Source of the DNA: Rikenellaceae bacterium
GTDB taxonomy: Bacteria > Bacteroidota > Bacteroidia > Bacteroidales > Rikenellaceae
Direction: 5' to 3'
DNA: 64,000 nucleotides
Assembly (NCBI GenBank): GCA_963926835.1
Contig: CAWUYY010000011.1
Span: 4,022 to 68,021, forward strand
The position numbers were made by a program, and so were the translations under genes. Position 1 is the first letter of the stretch. The number at the start of each line of letters is the position of its first letter. The notes under the pieces are model-generated. The model ran no database searches. It was not told where the DNA came from and saw only the letters and a program-made list of their open reading frames with translations. This document shows positions 10,593 through 20,936 of the stretch, piece after piece.

Positions 10593-10630
10593 GAAGACGC
10601 ATCGTAACGAGTGCGTCTTCTCTTTTTTTG
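10593..10630 (+). terminator. intrinsic terminator
   Basis: gaagacgca...tgcgtcttc stem plus T-tract. Confidence 0.7.
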
Positions 10631-10701
10631 TTCCTTAAACAGAAGAGGGAGGGAAATCCGATTCTCCTCCCTCTCCGTTTGCCTTGCTTCGGGCGGCGGT
10701 A

Positions 10702-13020
10702 TCAATAGAACTTCCCGGTGGGTGCGAAGATCGCGTAGCCGAAGTTGAAGGTCAGGTAGAGGTTGTTCCAGCTCTTCAGGTCGTATTTGGTGAGCGAGAG
10801 GCTCACCGGACCGATCGGCGTGTGGTAGATGAACGAGAGGTCGGAGATGTACTGCATCTGCCGTCCGGGCAGGTTGCGGTTGTCGCGCAGCATGGCGTAG
10901 AATCCCGTCCGCAGGAAGAAGTTGGGCAGCAGGTCGAAGGTGGGCATCAGACCGCCGGCCAGGTAGCTCTTGGCGTGGTAGCCGGGCATGTAGGACATCT
11001 GCGAGTGGAGCACCGGCTGGTAGGCGGGCATCGACATGGCCGTGGCGGTCGGATTGAGGAACGAGGGGTGGGTTGTCCAGACCGCCTCGACGTTGAAGCC
11101 GAACGAGAACCAGCGGCATGCGGGGATATCAAAGTAGCGGTCCCACTTCAGGCGGGCGCCGAACCATTCGCGGTGGGCCTTGTAGGAGGGGTTTCCGAGT
11201 TGCGGTTCGAAGGGTTTGTAGCGTTCGCGGCCGGTGATGTAGATCCCCGAAAGAGAGATCTCGGACCCCTTGCGCGGGAAGAGAATCTTGTCCAGCGTGC
11301 TGCGCCGCAGCTCCAGTTTGGTGCCGAAGAAGAGGAAGCGCGTGAGGTCCGTGTTTTCGTTCACGCCGTAGGGCGAGGTGTCATAGTAGCGGTAGCCGAT
11401 CGCCCCGCCGTTGGCCTGCAGCGACACGAGGCTGTTGTGGGTGACGGGCATGCTGATGCCGAGCGAGAGGAAGTTGCCGCCGATCTTCACCTGCTCGACG
11501 TTGTCGACCGGGGTCAGGTTGCCGAAGTAGCCGTGGCGGAAGCTCTTGACGGCAAAGTTGTAGGAGTAGTCGATGGCGAAGGGGCGCTTCAGGTAGAAGA
11601 GGTCGGTGCGGCCGCCGATGCTGCCCGTCGAGTAGATCGGACCGAGGTAGAGACCGGCGTAGAAACGCTGCGATACGCGGCGTATTTCGTGGTAGTCGAA
11701 GCCGATGAAGGCCTGGTTGAAGATGGTCGAGGAGATGTTACCGCCGATCATCACCCGCGAATTGGGGCGGGTCGACATCTTCAGTTCGATCGAGTAGTTG
11801 CCGCGCAGCGAATCGTAGCGGATGACGGGGTATTCGACCGTGAAGTCGTTGTTGCCCATCAGGGCGAAGAAGTTGCGGCGGAAATCCTCGAAGGTCATCT
11901 TCTGCTCCTGTTTGGTGACAAAGCGGTCGAGACTCATGATGTTGCGCACGTAGGCGGTCTGGGCCGGGGTCAGCCCCTCGATCTCGTAGTGGTCGAAGAG
12001 CAGCGGCGGACACTTTTCGCGGAAGGCGTCGCGGCGGGCCTGGGCCTGCTCGGGGGTGACCACGCGCTTGATGCGCTTCTTCAGGGCCGGAATCTGGGCG
12101 AGGGCATCCTCGTATCCGGCGTCGATGATCGCCTCGACATCCGAGAAGTCGAGCATGTTGACGTTGATCGGATGCGAAATGAGCAGGCTGCGCCCCTCGG
12201 GCAGCGTATAGTCGGTCTTGCCCATGGCCAGCATGAAGGCCTGGTCGACGATCGAACTGTTCTCGTTGGCGGCCGAGTTGCCCGAGGTGCACTTGCTGCC
12301 GATGATGAAGTCGGGCGAGAACTCCTCGTCGAGCGGTTTCCAGGGGAAGTTGTCGTGGATGCCGCCGTCGTAGAGGAGCATCGAGTCCTTCTTGACCGGC
12401 TTGAAGGCGAGCGGAATCGACATCGAGGCACGGATCGCCTCGCCCAGGTCGCCCTTGTCGAAGACCACCGCCTGGCGGGCGTTCATGTCGCTGGCCACGC
12501 AGAGGAAGGGGACCATCAGCTGCTTGAAATCGCCCCGTGCGGCGGCCGAGGCGGGCGAGAAGAGCTCGGCCAGCACCAGGTCGATCTGCACCGAGGAGAG
12601 CAGGTTGGTGGGGAGTTGCAGGCGGGCCATATTGCTGTCTTCGGGGCGCTCGCGCAGACGCAGACCGATCGAGAAGAAGGCCGGGGTCTGGGTGGTGCGC
12701 TGGAAGTAGGGGACGTAGTTGGGGTCGATGTGTCCCGAGACCCACTCGCGGATGTTGCCCGTGGTGACGATCTCGCGCATCTCGGCCGGGGAGTAGCCCG
12801 CCGCATAGAGTCCGGCGATGATCGAGCCCATCGAGGTGCCCGATACGCAGTCGATCGGGATGCCGTTCTCCTCGAGCGCCTGCAGTACGCCGATGTGGTA
12901 GAGTCCCTTGGCGCCGCCGCCGCTCATCACCACCCCGACGCTCTGTGCTCCGGCCCGTCCGGCAAGGAGCAGCGCGAAGGCAAGAAAAGCGAAAATTCTG
13001 CGTTGTATTGTTCGATTCAT
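10702..13020 (-). CDS. patatin-like phospholipase with probable C-terminal beta-barrel (PlpD-like)
   Basis: Signal peptide, GGGAKG, GTSMG, DGG; C-terminal half has alternating beta-strand pattern ending YLTFNFGY...FY. Confidence 0.85.
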   Translation of the reverse strand: MNRTIQRRIFAFLAFALLLAGRAGAQSVGVVMSGGGAKGLYHIGVLQALEENGIPIDCVSGTSMGSIIAGLYAAGYSPAEMREIVTTGNIREWVSGHIDPNYVPYFQRTTQTPAFFSIGLRLRERPEDSNMARLQLPTNLLSSVQIDLVLAELFSPASAAARGDFKQLMVPFLCVASDMNARQAVVFDKGDLGEAIRASMSIPLAFKPVKKDSMLLYDGGIHDNFPWKPLDEEFSPDFIIGSKCTSGNSAANENSSIVDQAFMLAMGKTDYTLPEGRSLLISHPINVNMLDFSDVEAIIDAGYEDALAQIPALKKRIKRVVTPEQAQARRDAFREKCPPLLFDHYEIEGLTPAQTAYVRNIMSLDRFVTKQEQKMTFEDFRRNFFALMGNNDFTVEYPVIRYDSLRGNYSIELKMSTRPNSRVMIGGNISSTIFNQAFIGFDYHEIRRVSQRFYAGLYLGPIYSTGSIGGRTDLFYLKRPFAIDYSYNFAVKSFRHGYFGNLTPVDNVEQVKIGGNFLSLGISMPVTHNSLVSLQANGGAIGYRYYDTSPYGVNENTDLTRFLFFGTKLELRRSTLDKILFPRKGSEISLSGIYITGRERYKPFEPQLGNPSYKAHREWFGARLKWDRYFDIPACRWFSFGFNVEAVWTTHPSFLNPTATAMSMPAYQPVLHSQMSYMPGYHAKSYLAGGLMPTFDLLPNFFLRTGFYAMLRDNRNLPGRQMQYISDLSFIYHTPIGPVSLSLTKYDLKSWNNLYLTFNFGYAIFAPTGKFY

Positions 13021-13264
13021 AACGTGATCTTTGTCGTTGTGGCGCGGGCCGCCTCCGCCGAGGGTGCGACGCTCGTCGGGGATCTCCGTCCGGCAAAGTC
13101 CGGTTCCGGGGGTTATTCCCTCGTTGTGAGCGGGTTGCCTGTCTCTTTGCGGAGCCTTTTCTGCAAAGAATATGCGGCTCATTCATCCATATCAACGAAT
13201 TTTTATTAACTTTGCTTACTATATACCCTGTAAAAGTACAAAATTAAAGCGTAAACTTTAGGCC

Positions 13265-14311
13265 ATGAACGATAAAGTAAACGAACTGCGCGGAAAAATC
13301 AACGAATTGCTCGACCGGGTGGAGGCTTTCAAACCGAAGGCTGCGGCCGAGATCGAGGAGTTCCGCATCCGGATGCTCGGAAAGAAGGGCGAGGTTACGG
13401 CCCTGATGGAGGATTTCAAGGCGATCGCGCCCGAACTGAAACGGGAATTCGGTCAGAAGCTGAACAACCTGAAGACACGTACCCTCGAGCAGATCAACAG
13501 GCTGCGTGCCGAAGCCGAGGCACGCAGCTGTGCCGAGGAGAACTGTATTGGCGACATGAGCCGTCCGGGATCGGCCGAACAGCTCGGATCGCGCCATCCG
13601 ATCTCGCTGGTTACCAACCAGATCGTCGAGGTCTTCTCGCGGCTGGGCTATACGGTGGCCGAGGGACCCGAGATCGAGGATGACTGGCACGTCTTCTCGG
13701 CGCTCAACTTCCCGCCCGAGCACCCTGCGCGTGACATGCAGGACACCTTCTTCGTGGAGAAGAACCCCGACATCCTGCTGCGCACCCACACCTCGTCGAT
13801 CCAGGTGCGGGTCATGGAGCGTCAGAAGCCGCCCATCCGCGTGATCTGCCCCGGCCGCGTCTTCCGCAACGAGGCGATCTCCTACCGCGCCCACTGCATC
13901 TTCCACCAGATCGAGGGGCTCTACATCGACGAGGGGGTTTCGTTTGCCGACCTGAAACAGTCGATCCTCTACTTCGCCAAGGAGGTCTTCGGCGAGGAGG
14001 CCACCATCCGCATGCGTCCCTCCTACTTCCCCTTCACGGAGCCGTCGGCCGAGGTTGACGTTTCGTGCAACCTCTGCGGCGGAAAGGGGTGCAACGTCTG
14101 CAAGGGGACCGGCTGGCTCGAAATCATGGGTTGCGGCATGGTTGATCCCAACGTGCTGGAGAACTGCGGCATCGATTCGAAGAGATACTCCGGATTCGCC
14201 TTCGGCATGGGTGTCGAGCGTATCGCCATGCTCAAATACGGCGTGAAGGACCTGCGTCTCTACTTCGAGAACGACGTACGCTTCCTACACCAGTTCGATT
14301 CGGCCCTTTAA
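13265..14311 (+). CDS. pheS: phenylalanyl-tRNA synthetase alpha subunit
   Basis: HPARDMQDTF, LRTHTS, FHQIEG, YFPFTEPS, GFAFGMGVER. Confidence 0.97.
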   Translation: MNDKVNELRGKINELLDRVEAFKPKAAAEIEEFRIRMLGKKGEVTALMEDFKAIAPELKREFGQKLNNLKTRTLEQINRLRAEAEARSCAEENCIGDMSRPGSAEQLGSRHPISLVTNQIVEVFSRLGYTVAEGPEIEDDWHVFSALNFPPEHPARDMQDTFFVEKNPDILLRTHTSSIQVRVMERQKPPIRVICPGRVFRNEAISYRAHCIFHQIEGLYIDEGVSFADLKQSILYFAKEVFGEEATIRMRPSYFPFTEPSAEVDVSCNLCGGKGCNVCKGTGWLEIMGCGMVDPNVLENCGIDSKRYSGFAFGMGVERIAMLKYGVKDLRLYFENDVRFLHQFDSAL

Positions 14312-14335
14312 GGGTTCAAAAACACACGCACCTGA

Positions 14336-16102
14336 ATGAAACGCCTGTTTGTCGTCCTGTTGCTGTGCCTGGGCTTCTCGGCGGGGCTGATCCCCCGCAG
14401 CGAGTCGGCGGCCGCCTCCGAACCGGAGTTCTCGTGGCCCGATTCGCTGCTGGTGGTGCGCACCTATACGGACGGCCTGAAGAGGCTGCTCATCGAGCGT
14501 GACACGGTCGAGGCGCGCAGATTGCTGACCGAGGCCGTCGAGCTCGACTCGACCTGTGCGCCGGCCTGGTACTACCTCTCGATGGTCTCCCCGACGGGGG
14601 AGCGTCGCGAGGCGACCGAGTGGGCCCGCCGGGCCTATGCGCTCGATACGCTCAACAAGTGGTACGTGCAGCAGTACGGACAGCGCCTGCTGCGCGAGGG
14701 GCGTTACGACGAGGGGCGGATCATCTACAACCGCCTTTCGCAGCTCGACCCCACCAATCCGGACAACCTGCGGATCCTGGCCATCCTCTACCAGCAGGCC
14801 GGAATGCCCTATACGGCGGTCGATCTGCTCGATTCGGCCGAGATGCGCTTCGGCAAGAATCCGATTCTGAGCAGCATGAAACGGCAGCTGCTCCTGCAGA
14901 CCGGCCAGATCGACCGGGCGCTGGAGGAGGCGCAGCAGATGGCCGAGTCCATCCCCTATGATGCGGAGAACCACGTGGTGCTGGCCGAACTGTACGGGGC
15001 TTCGGGGCGTGATTCGCTGGCCATCGAGGAGTACAACCGGGCCCTGGAGATCGATTCGGCCTACGTTCCGGCCCTCGTCTCGCTGGCCGAGTTCTACAAC
15101 AAGCACAACGACGCACGGGCCTACCTCTCCGTCTCGCGGCGGCTGTTCGAGAACGACCGCCTGCCCCTTGACGAGAAGGTGCGCATCCTCAAGCAGCTGA
15201 CGCTCGACCAGCGCTTCTACCGCAACAACTTCTTCCAGATCGGCGAACTGATCTCGACCCTGCTGCTCCGCTATCCGAACGAGAAGGAGGTGGTCGATAT
15301 GCAGGGAACCCACATGATCCTCTCGGGCGATGCCGGGCAGGCGCTCATCTTCTACAAGCTCCACTTGAACGATCAGCCCCCGCAGCTGGACTACTTCCGC
15401 ACGGTGATCGACATGGAGATCTTCTTCAAGCGGCCCGATTCGGTCGATCTGTATGTCAAACGGGCGCTGCGCCTCTTCCCGAACGAGACCGACCTCTACG
15501 TCAGCCGGGCCCATGCCCAGGTCTATGCCGGAAACTGCAGGCGCGGTGTCAGGGACTACACGCGGGCGCTGAAGTATGCCCGCACCGACTCGATGCGCAG
15601 CCAGATCTGGGGCTTCATCGGCGACGCCTGGCACCAGCTGGGCGAGGAGTCGCAGGGCGGATCGGCGCAGGCGCGCTGCCGCCGCAAGTGCTTCGAAGCC
15701 TACGACCGGGCGCTCGGCTATAATTACGACAACGCATCGGTACTCAATAATTACGCCTATTTCACCTGCGAACAGACCGATGATCCCAAACGGCTCGACC
15801 AGGCCTTTGCCATGGCGGCCCGTGCGGTCGAGCTGGGCGAGAACAACTCGACCACGCTCGACACCTACGCCTGGGTGCTCTTCAAGCTGGGACGTCTGCA
15901 GGAGGCGCGGCGCGCGATGCAGCAGGCCATCTCGTTCGACAGCAGCGATAGTGCGGTGCTCTTCTACCACTACGGGGAGATCCTGGCCGCCCTCGGCGAG
16001 ACCTTCCTGGCCGAGACCTATCTGAACCGGGCGATCGAGGCGGGGTACCCCGACCCCGAGGCGGTCAAGGCGCGCATTGAGGAACTTAAAACGAAGCCCT
16101 GA
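14336..16102 (+). CDS. exported TPR-repeat protein
   Basis: Signal peptide, TPR helices, LNNYAY...LDTYAWVLFK. Confidence 0.85.
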   Translation: MKRLFVVLLLCLGFSAGLIPRSESAAASEPEFSWPDSLLVVRTYTDGLKRLLIERDTVEARRLLTEAVELDSTCAPAWYYLSMVSPTGERREATEWARRAYALDTLNKWYVQQYGQRLLREGRYDEGRIIYNRLSQLDPTNPDNLRILAILYQQAGMPYTAVDLLDSAEMRFGKNPILSSMKRQLLLQTGQIDRALEEAQQMAESIPYDAENHVVLAELYGASGRDSLAIEEYNRALEIDSAYVPALVSLAEFYNKHNDARAYLSVSRRLFENDRLPLDEKVRILKQLTLDQRFYRNNFFQIGELISTLLLRYPNEKEVVDMQGTHMILSGDAGQALIFYKLHLNDQPPQLDYFRTVIDMEIFFKRPDSVDLYVKRALRLFPNETDLYVSRAHAQVYAGNCRRGVRDYTRALKYARTDSMRSQIWGFIGDAWHQLGEESQGGSAQARCRRKCFEAYDRALGYNYDNASVLNNYAYFTCEQTDDPKRLDQAFAMAARAVELGENNSTTLDTYAWVLFKLGRLQEARRAMQQAISFDSSDSAVLFYHYGEILAALGETFLAETYLNRAIEAGYPDPEAVKARIEELKTKP

Positions 16103-16104
16103 CG

Positions 16105-17226
16105 ATGAAAAGACTCTTGTTGACCCTCTGCCTGCTCCTGGTGACGGGGGTGGCGGCAGCTCAGAATACCAACCAGAAGATCGAGGCGCAGCGGCGTCTG
16201 ATCGCCGACCTGGAGAAGCAGATCGCCCGCGAGGAGCAGGAGATCTCGAAGCTCAAGAAGGGGCGTGCCTCGGCCGAGGAGACGGCGCGGCGGCTGGCCC
16301 GTCAGATCGACTCGCGAAACCAGCTGCTCGATGTGACGCAGCGGGATGCCGACCAGCTCGAGGTGGAGGTCAAGCGGGCCAATACGACGGCCGATTCGCT
16401 GGCTGTGCTGCTGGCCGAACACAAGGCACGCTATGCCGAGATGGTACGCGAGGCCTACCGCAACTATAAACACAACAACTACCTGACCTATCTCTTCTCG
16501 TCGAGCGACTTCAAGCAGGTGACGCGCCGCATCACCAATTTGCGGGAGGTGGCCGCCATGCGCGAGCAGCAGATGGAGCAGATCAAGGGGCTCTCGCAGG
16601 AGGTGGCCGCCCAGCAGGCGCTGCTGGCCGAGCGCATGCATTCGCTCGATTCGGTGAAGCGGAGCCTCACCTCGCAGCGTACGCGCCTGCAGAAGGATGC
16701 TCAGGCGGCACGTGCCAACGTCAGGCAGCTCTCGCAGAAGGAGAAGCGGGCCCTTCAGCAGAAGATCGCCCAGGAGCAGAAGCTCGATGTGGCCATTGAC
16801 GAGCTGCGCAAACTGGTCAAGGGCAACACCGAGGGCAGCACCTTCTCGGCCAAGACCTCGAACCTGCGCCTGCCGGTGGTGGGCGGTACGGTGAAGCGCT
16901 ACAAGGGCAACATGGCCGAGATTTCGGGCCCGAAGGGGGCGCAGGTCATCTCGATCTACGAGGGTAAGGTCGTCGAGATCAAGCGCAACCGAATCACCAA
17001 CAAATACGACGTTTACATCGCCCACGGCGAATACATCTCCTCGTATGCCAATCTGAACGCGGTCAGCGTGGCCAAGGATGCCAAGGTGACGCGCAACCAG
17101 CCGATCGGTACGATCGGATCGAGCGTGAACGTGATGACGATGGCCTCCGAGTACAAGATTGTCTTCGGCATCTACGGCCCCTCGCCGAAGGTGCAGCTGC
17201 GGGCCGAGGATTGTTTCAAGAAATAG
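16105..17226 (+). CDS. EnvC-like murein hydrolase activator (coiled coil plus degenerate M23)
   Basis: Signal peptide, long coiled coil, C-terminal IAHGEYISSYANL M23-like domain. Confidence 0.8.
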   Translation: MKRLLLTLCLLLVTGVAAAQNTNQKIEAQRRLIADLEKQIAREEQEISKLKKGRASAEETARRLARQIDSRNQLLDVTQRDADQLEVEVKRANTTADSLAVLLAEHKARYAEMVREAYRNYKHNNYLTYLFSSSDFKQVTRRITNLREVAAMREQQMEQIKGLSQEVAAQQALLAERMHSLDSVKRSLTSQRTRLQKDAQAARANVRQLSQKEKRALQQKIAQEQKLDVAIDELRKLVKGNTEGSTFSAKTSNLRLPVVGGTVKRYKGNMAEISGPKGAQVISIYEGKVVEIKRNRITNKYDVYIAHGEYISSYANLNAVSVAKDAKVTRNQPIGTIGSSVNVMTMASEYKIVFGIYGPSPKVQLRAEDCFKK

Positions 17227-17238
17227 TTTGCATCGGAT

Positions 17239-17670
17239 ATGGCTGTACACTATTGCAACGACGACTGTTCGTACCGGCTCCCCGAGAAGCGGCGCACGAG
17301 CGAGTGGCTGCGCCGGGTGGCCGAGGAGGAGGGATACCGCCTCGGAGAGGTGACCTACATCTTCTGTTCGGCGGCCCGCCTGCTGGAGATGAACCGTCAG
17401 TTCCTGGGTCACGACTACTATACCGACGTGATTACCTTCGACTACAGCGACCGGAAGGGGAGCGGGGTGATCTCGGGCGACATCTTCATCGACGTGGAGA
17501 CCGTGGCGGACAATGCGCGCTGCTACGGGGCGACCCGCCTCGAGGAGATGCGGCGCGTGGTGGTGCACGGAGTGCTGCACCTTTGCGGCCAGAAGGACAA
17601 AACACCGCGTACAAACGCTCAGATGCACCGCAAGGAGGATCATTACCTCCGGTGGTGGAAAGAGCCGTGA
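17239..17670 (+). CDS. ybeY: endoribonuclease YbeY
   Basis: TDVITF, GDIFI, HGVLHLCG. Confidence 0.93.
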   Translation: MAVHYCNDDCSYRLPEKRRTSEWLRRVAEEEGYRLGEVTYIFCSAARLLEMNRQFLGHDYYTDVITFDYSDRKGSGVISGDIFIDVETVADNARCYGATRLEEMRRVVVHGVLHLCGQKDKTPRTNAQMHRKEDHYLRWWKEP

Positions 17671-17776
17671 GAGGGGCTGAAATAGCTCTTTGCGGCGGGG
17701 CAGCGGATGTGCGCCTCTCCTGCGGATCGAGGCTCTCCCTTTTTTCGGGTCGATCTGCCGACAATCGAACGAACTT

Positions 17777-19660
17777 ATGGTTTTACATTACGATATCCTT
17801 GTCATCGGCGGAGGACACGCCGGTTGTGAGGCAGCCTCTGCAGCGGCCCGCCTGGGCTCGCGTACGCTGCTCGTTACGATGGATCTGACCAAACTGGCCG
17901 ACATGTCGTGCAATCCGGCTGTCGGCGGAATAGCCAAAGGTCAGATAGTCAGAGAAATAGATGCTATGGGCGGCCAGATGGGGCGGATTACCGACCTCAC
18001 GGCGATCCAGTTTCGCATGCTGAACCGCTCGAAGGGGGCGGCCATGTGGAGCCCCCGGGCACAGTGTGACAAGAGCCGCTTCTCGCAGGAGTGGCGCCGT
18101 ACGCTCGAGGGGACGGAGAACCTCTACCTCTGGCAGGATGCGGTGACCGAGCTCCTGTTCGACCGGACTGGGGAGCGGATCTGCGTCTGCGGGGCCCGGA
18201 CCCGCATGGGGGTGGAGTTCTCGGCCGATTGCGTGATCCTGACGGCCGGAACCTTCCTCTCGGGCATGATGTACTGCGGACGCAGCCACGCCGAGGGGGG
18301 ACGTGCCGGTGATGCCGCCTCGCACGGTGTGACCGAGTCGCTCGTGGCGATCGGATTCGAGGCCGGACGCATGAAGACGGGTACGCCGGCGCGGCTCGAT
18401 GCCCGCACGATCGACTTCTCGCAGCTCGAACCGCAGGAGGGGGACGAGAATCCTTCGAAATTCTCGTTCTCTCCTGATACTGAACCTGTTAAGGGTCAGA
18501 TGTCCTGTTTCCTGGTCTACACCTCGCCCGAGGTGCACGCTACGCTGCGCGAGGGGTTTGCCGACTCGCCGCTTTTCAACGGCACCATCCACGGAATCGG
18601 TCCCCGTTACTGTCCGAGCATCGAGGACAAGTTGAATACCTTTGCCGGCAAGGAGCAGCACCAGCTCTTCCTCGAGCCGGAGGGGCGTTCGACCAACGAG
18701 TACTACCTGAATGGATTCTCGTCGTCGCTGCCGTGGGAGATTCAGTGGCGGGCGCTGCACCAGATCAAGGGGTTCGAGCATCTGGAGATCTACCGTCCCG
18801 GCTATGCGATCGAATATGACTATTTCCTCCCGACCCAACTGCACCACTCGCTGGAGACCAAGCGGGTCGAGGGACTCTTCTTCGCCGGACAGATCAACGG
18901 CACGACCGGCTATGAGGAGGCCGGAGCCCAGGGGCTGATGGCTGGAATTAACGCCCATCGCAAACGGATGGGGGAGGCCCCGGTGGTGCTGGCCCGCGAC
19001 GAGGCCTACATCGGGGTGCTCATCGACGACCTGGTGACCAAAGGGGTGGACGAGCCCTACCGCATGTTCACCTCCCGGGCCGAGTATCGCATCCTGCTTC
19101 GTCAAGACAACGCCGACATCCGACTGACTCCGATCGGTCACAAAATCGGTCTGATTTCGGAGGAGCGCTACGCCTGGTTCCTCAAAAAAAATCAACACGT
19201 AGAATCGCTTATCTCCTTCGCCCGCGGACAGAGTGTCAAACCGGACGAAATTAACGACTGTTTAAAATCGATCGGTGCAGACCCGTTGACACAGGGTCGC
19301 AAGCTCTATGATCTGCTTGTTCGCAACAATGTGACCTTCGATCTGCTGCGCACGGTGCTCCCGAAGCTCGACCGCTTCCTTTGGGAGAATGGGGTGACGG
19401 CCGAGGAGATCGAAGAGGCGGAGATTCAGATCAAGTATAAAGGATATATCGAGCGCGAGAAATTCATCGCCGAGAAACTGCATCGTCTGGAGAATATCCG
19501 TATCCCGGCTGACTTCGATTTCTTCTCGATGAATGCCTTGACGATTGAGGCACGCCAGAAACTGACGAAGATCCGTCCGGCAACGATCGGACAGGCGTCG
19601 CGTATCCCGGGTGTCTCGCCGGCCGATGTAAATGTTCTGCTTGTTCGATTCGGTCGATAA
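17777..19660 (+). CDS. mnmG: tRNA uridine 5-carboxymethylaminomethyl modification enzyme MnmG/GidA
   Basis: GGGHAGCEA, SCNPAVGG, GPRYCPSIEDK, GQINGTTGYEEA, EPYRMFTSRAEYR. Confidence 0.97.
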   Translation: MVLHYDILVIGGGHAGCEAASAAARLGSRTLLVTMDLTKLADMSCNPAVGGIAKGQIVREIDAMGGQMGRITDLTAIQFRMLNRSKGAAMWSPRAQCDKSRFSQEWRRTLEGTENLYLWQDAVTELLFDRTGERICVCGARTRMGVEFSADCVILTAGTFLSGMMYCGRSHAEGGRAGDAASHGVTESLVAIGFEAGRMKTGTPARLDARTIDFSQLEPQEGDENPSKFSFSPDTEPVKGQMSCFLVYTSPEVHATLREGFADSPLFNGTIHGIGPRYCPSIEDKLNTFAGKEQHQLFLEPEGRSTNEYYLNGFSSSLPWEIQWRALHQIKGFEHLEIYRPGYAIEYDYFLPTQLHHSLETKRVEGLFFAGQINGTTGYEEAGAQGLMAGINAHRKRMGEAPVVLARDEAYIGVLIDDLVTKGVDEPYRMFTSRAEYRILLRQDNADIRLTPIGHKIGLISEERYAWFLKKNQHVESLISFARGQSVKPDEINDCLKSIGADPLTQGRKLYDLLVRNNVTFDLLRTVLPKLDRFLWENGVTAEEIEEAEIQIKYKGYIEREKFIAEKLHRLENIRIPADFDFFSMNALTIEARQKLTKIRPATIGQASRIPGVSPADVNVLLVRFGR

Positions 19661-19671
19661 CGGATAGAATG

Positions 19672-19714
19672 AAAAAATAAGAGAGAAGATTTTTGATCTT
19701 CTCTCTTATTTTTT
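19672..19714. terminator. bidirectional intrinsic terminator
   Basis: aaaaaataagagagaagat-ttttg-atcttctctcttatttttt perfect inverted repeat between convergent genes. Confidence 0.8.
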
Positions 19715-19810
19715 GTTTTCTTACGTATTTCTCTCTTTTATATTTTAATTATTACAATTATTGTGACGCCTCGATTCTTTACTGTGGGGTGGGGTAAACA
19801 GAGAGGGGAG

Positions 19811-19826
19811 AGTTCCACGTGGAACA
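19811..19826. other. parS centromere-like site
   Basis: AGTTCCACGTGGAACA matches the parS palindrome; lies within a longer inverted repeat. Confidence 0.85.
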
Positions 19827-19862
19827 CTCCCCTCTCTCTGTGGGTTAGTAGTTGTTGTGTGA

Positions 19863-20876
19863 TTACATCACGATGGTGCACCAGTTGTGCGTATCCTCGG
19901 CACGACCGTACTGGATGTCCTGCAGGCGGTTGTAGAGAGCCAGCGAAACCTTGCCAACCTCGTCACCGTATTTGTAGGTCTGTTTCGTATCCATGTCGTA
20001 GATGCTGCTGATCGGCGAGATCACGGCAGCCGTACCGCAACCGCCGCACTCCTCGAAGGTCGAGAGCTCCTCAACCGGGATACGACGCTCCTCTACCTCG
20101 AGACCCATGTCCTTGGCCAGAACGCGGAGGCTCTTGTTGGTGATAGAGGGAAGTACTGACGACGATTTCGGCGTGATGTATTTGCCGTCCTTGATACCGA
20201 AGAAGTTGCAGGCACCGCACTCCTCGATGTATTTGTGCTCGGCCGAGTCGAGGTACATAACGCTCGAGTAGCCCAGTTCGTGAGCCTTCTCGCCCGACAT
20301 CAGGCTGGCAGCGTAGTTACCGCCGACCTTAACGTCACCCGTTCCACGTGGAGCAGCACGGTCCTGCTCACGATCGATAGCAACCATCATCGGTTTGATA
20401 CCGCCTTTGAAGTAGGCGCCTACGGGCGAACCGTAAACGATCAGAATGGCGTCCTTCGAGGGTTTTACACCCAGGCCGGCCGTCGTACCGAACATAACGG
20501 GACGCAGGTAGAACGATGCACCCGTGCCGTAGGGCGGGATGAAACGCTCGTTGCGCTTAACAACCTCGATGCAGGCGTTGACAATCATATCGATCGTCGG
20601 AACCGGCAGACAGAGTCGTTTTGCCGACGACTGAAGACGTTTTGCGTTCTCGTCGACGCGGAACAGACGTACTTTATCATCGACACCGCGGAAGGCTTTC
20701 AGACCTTCGAACAGAGCCGTACCATAGTGCAAGCAGGAGGCCGACATGTGCATGTTGATGTACTCGTCGTTCGAAATCTGCATTTCGCTCCACTTGCCGT
20801 CCGTGTAGATGTAACGGGCGTTGTAATCGGTCTTCAGGTAGTTGAATCCCAAAGAACCCCAATCGATGTTTTCCAT
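19863..20876 (-). CDS. ilvE: branched-chain amino acid aminotransferase
   Basis: LHYG..LFEGLKA, YLRP, KVGGNYAAS, LPSIT, GTAAVISPI. Confidence 0.95.
   Translation of the reverse strand: MENIDWGSLGFNYLKTDYNARYIYTDGKWSEMQISNDEYINMHMSASCLHYGTALFEGLKAFRGVDDKVRLFRVDENAKRLQSSAKRLCLPVPTIDMIVNACIEVVKRNERFIPPYGTGASFYLRPVMFGTTAGLGVKPSKDAILIVYGSPVGAYFKGGIKPMMVAIDREQDRAAPRGTGDVKVGGNYAASLMSGEKAHELGYSSVMYLDSAEHKYIEECGACNFFGIKDGKYITPKSSSVLPSITNKSLRVLAKDMGLEVEERRIPVEELSTFEECGGCGTAAVISPISSIYDMDTKQTYKYGDEVGKVSLALYNRLQDIQYGRAEDTHNWCTIVM
20340..20355. other. second parS-like site (intragenic in ilvE)
   Basis: CGTTCCACGTGGAGCA, one core mismatch. Confidence 0.6.
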
Positions 20877-20936
20877 GACCGTTAGAATAGTTTAAAGATT
20901 TATGTTAGTTTCTTGTTTGTTTGGTTTTCTTGGTTG

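Noticed and set aside
6053-13209. Long antisense ORFs (779 aa, 841 aa and similar ones elsewhere)
   Set aside because: Shadow ORFs typical of high-GC3 coding sequence, opposite well-supported genes
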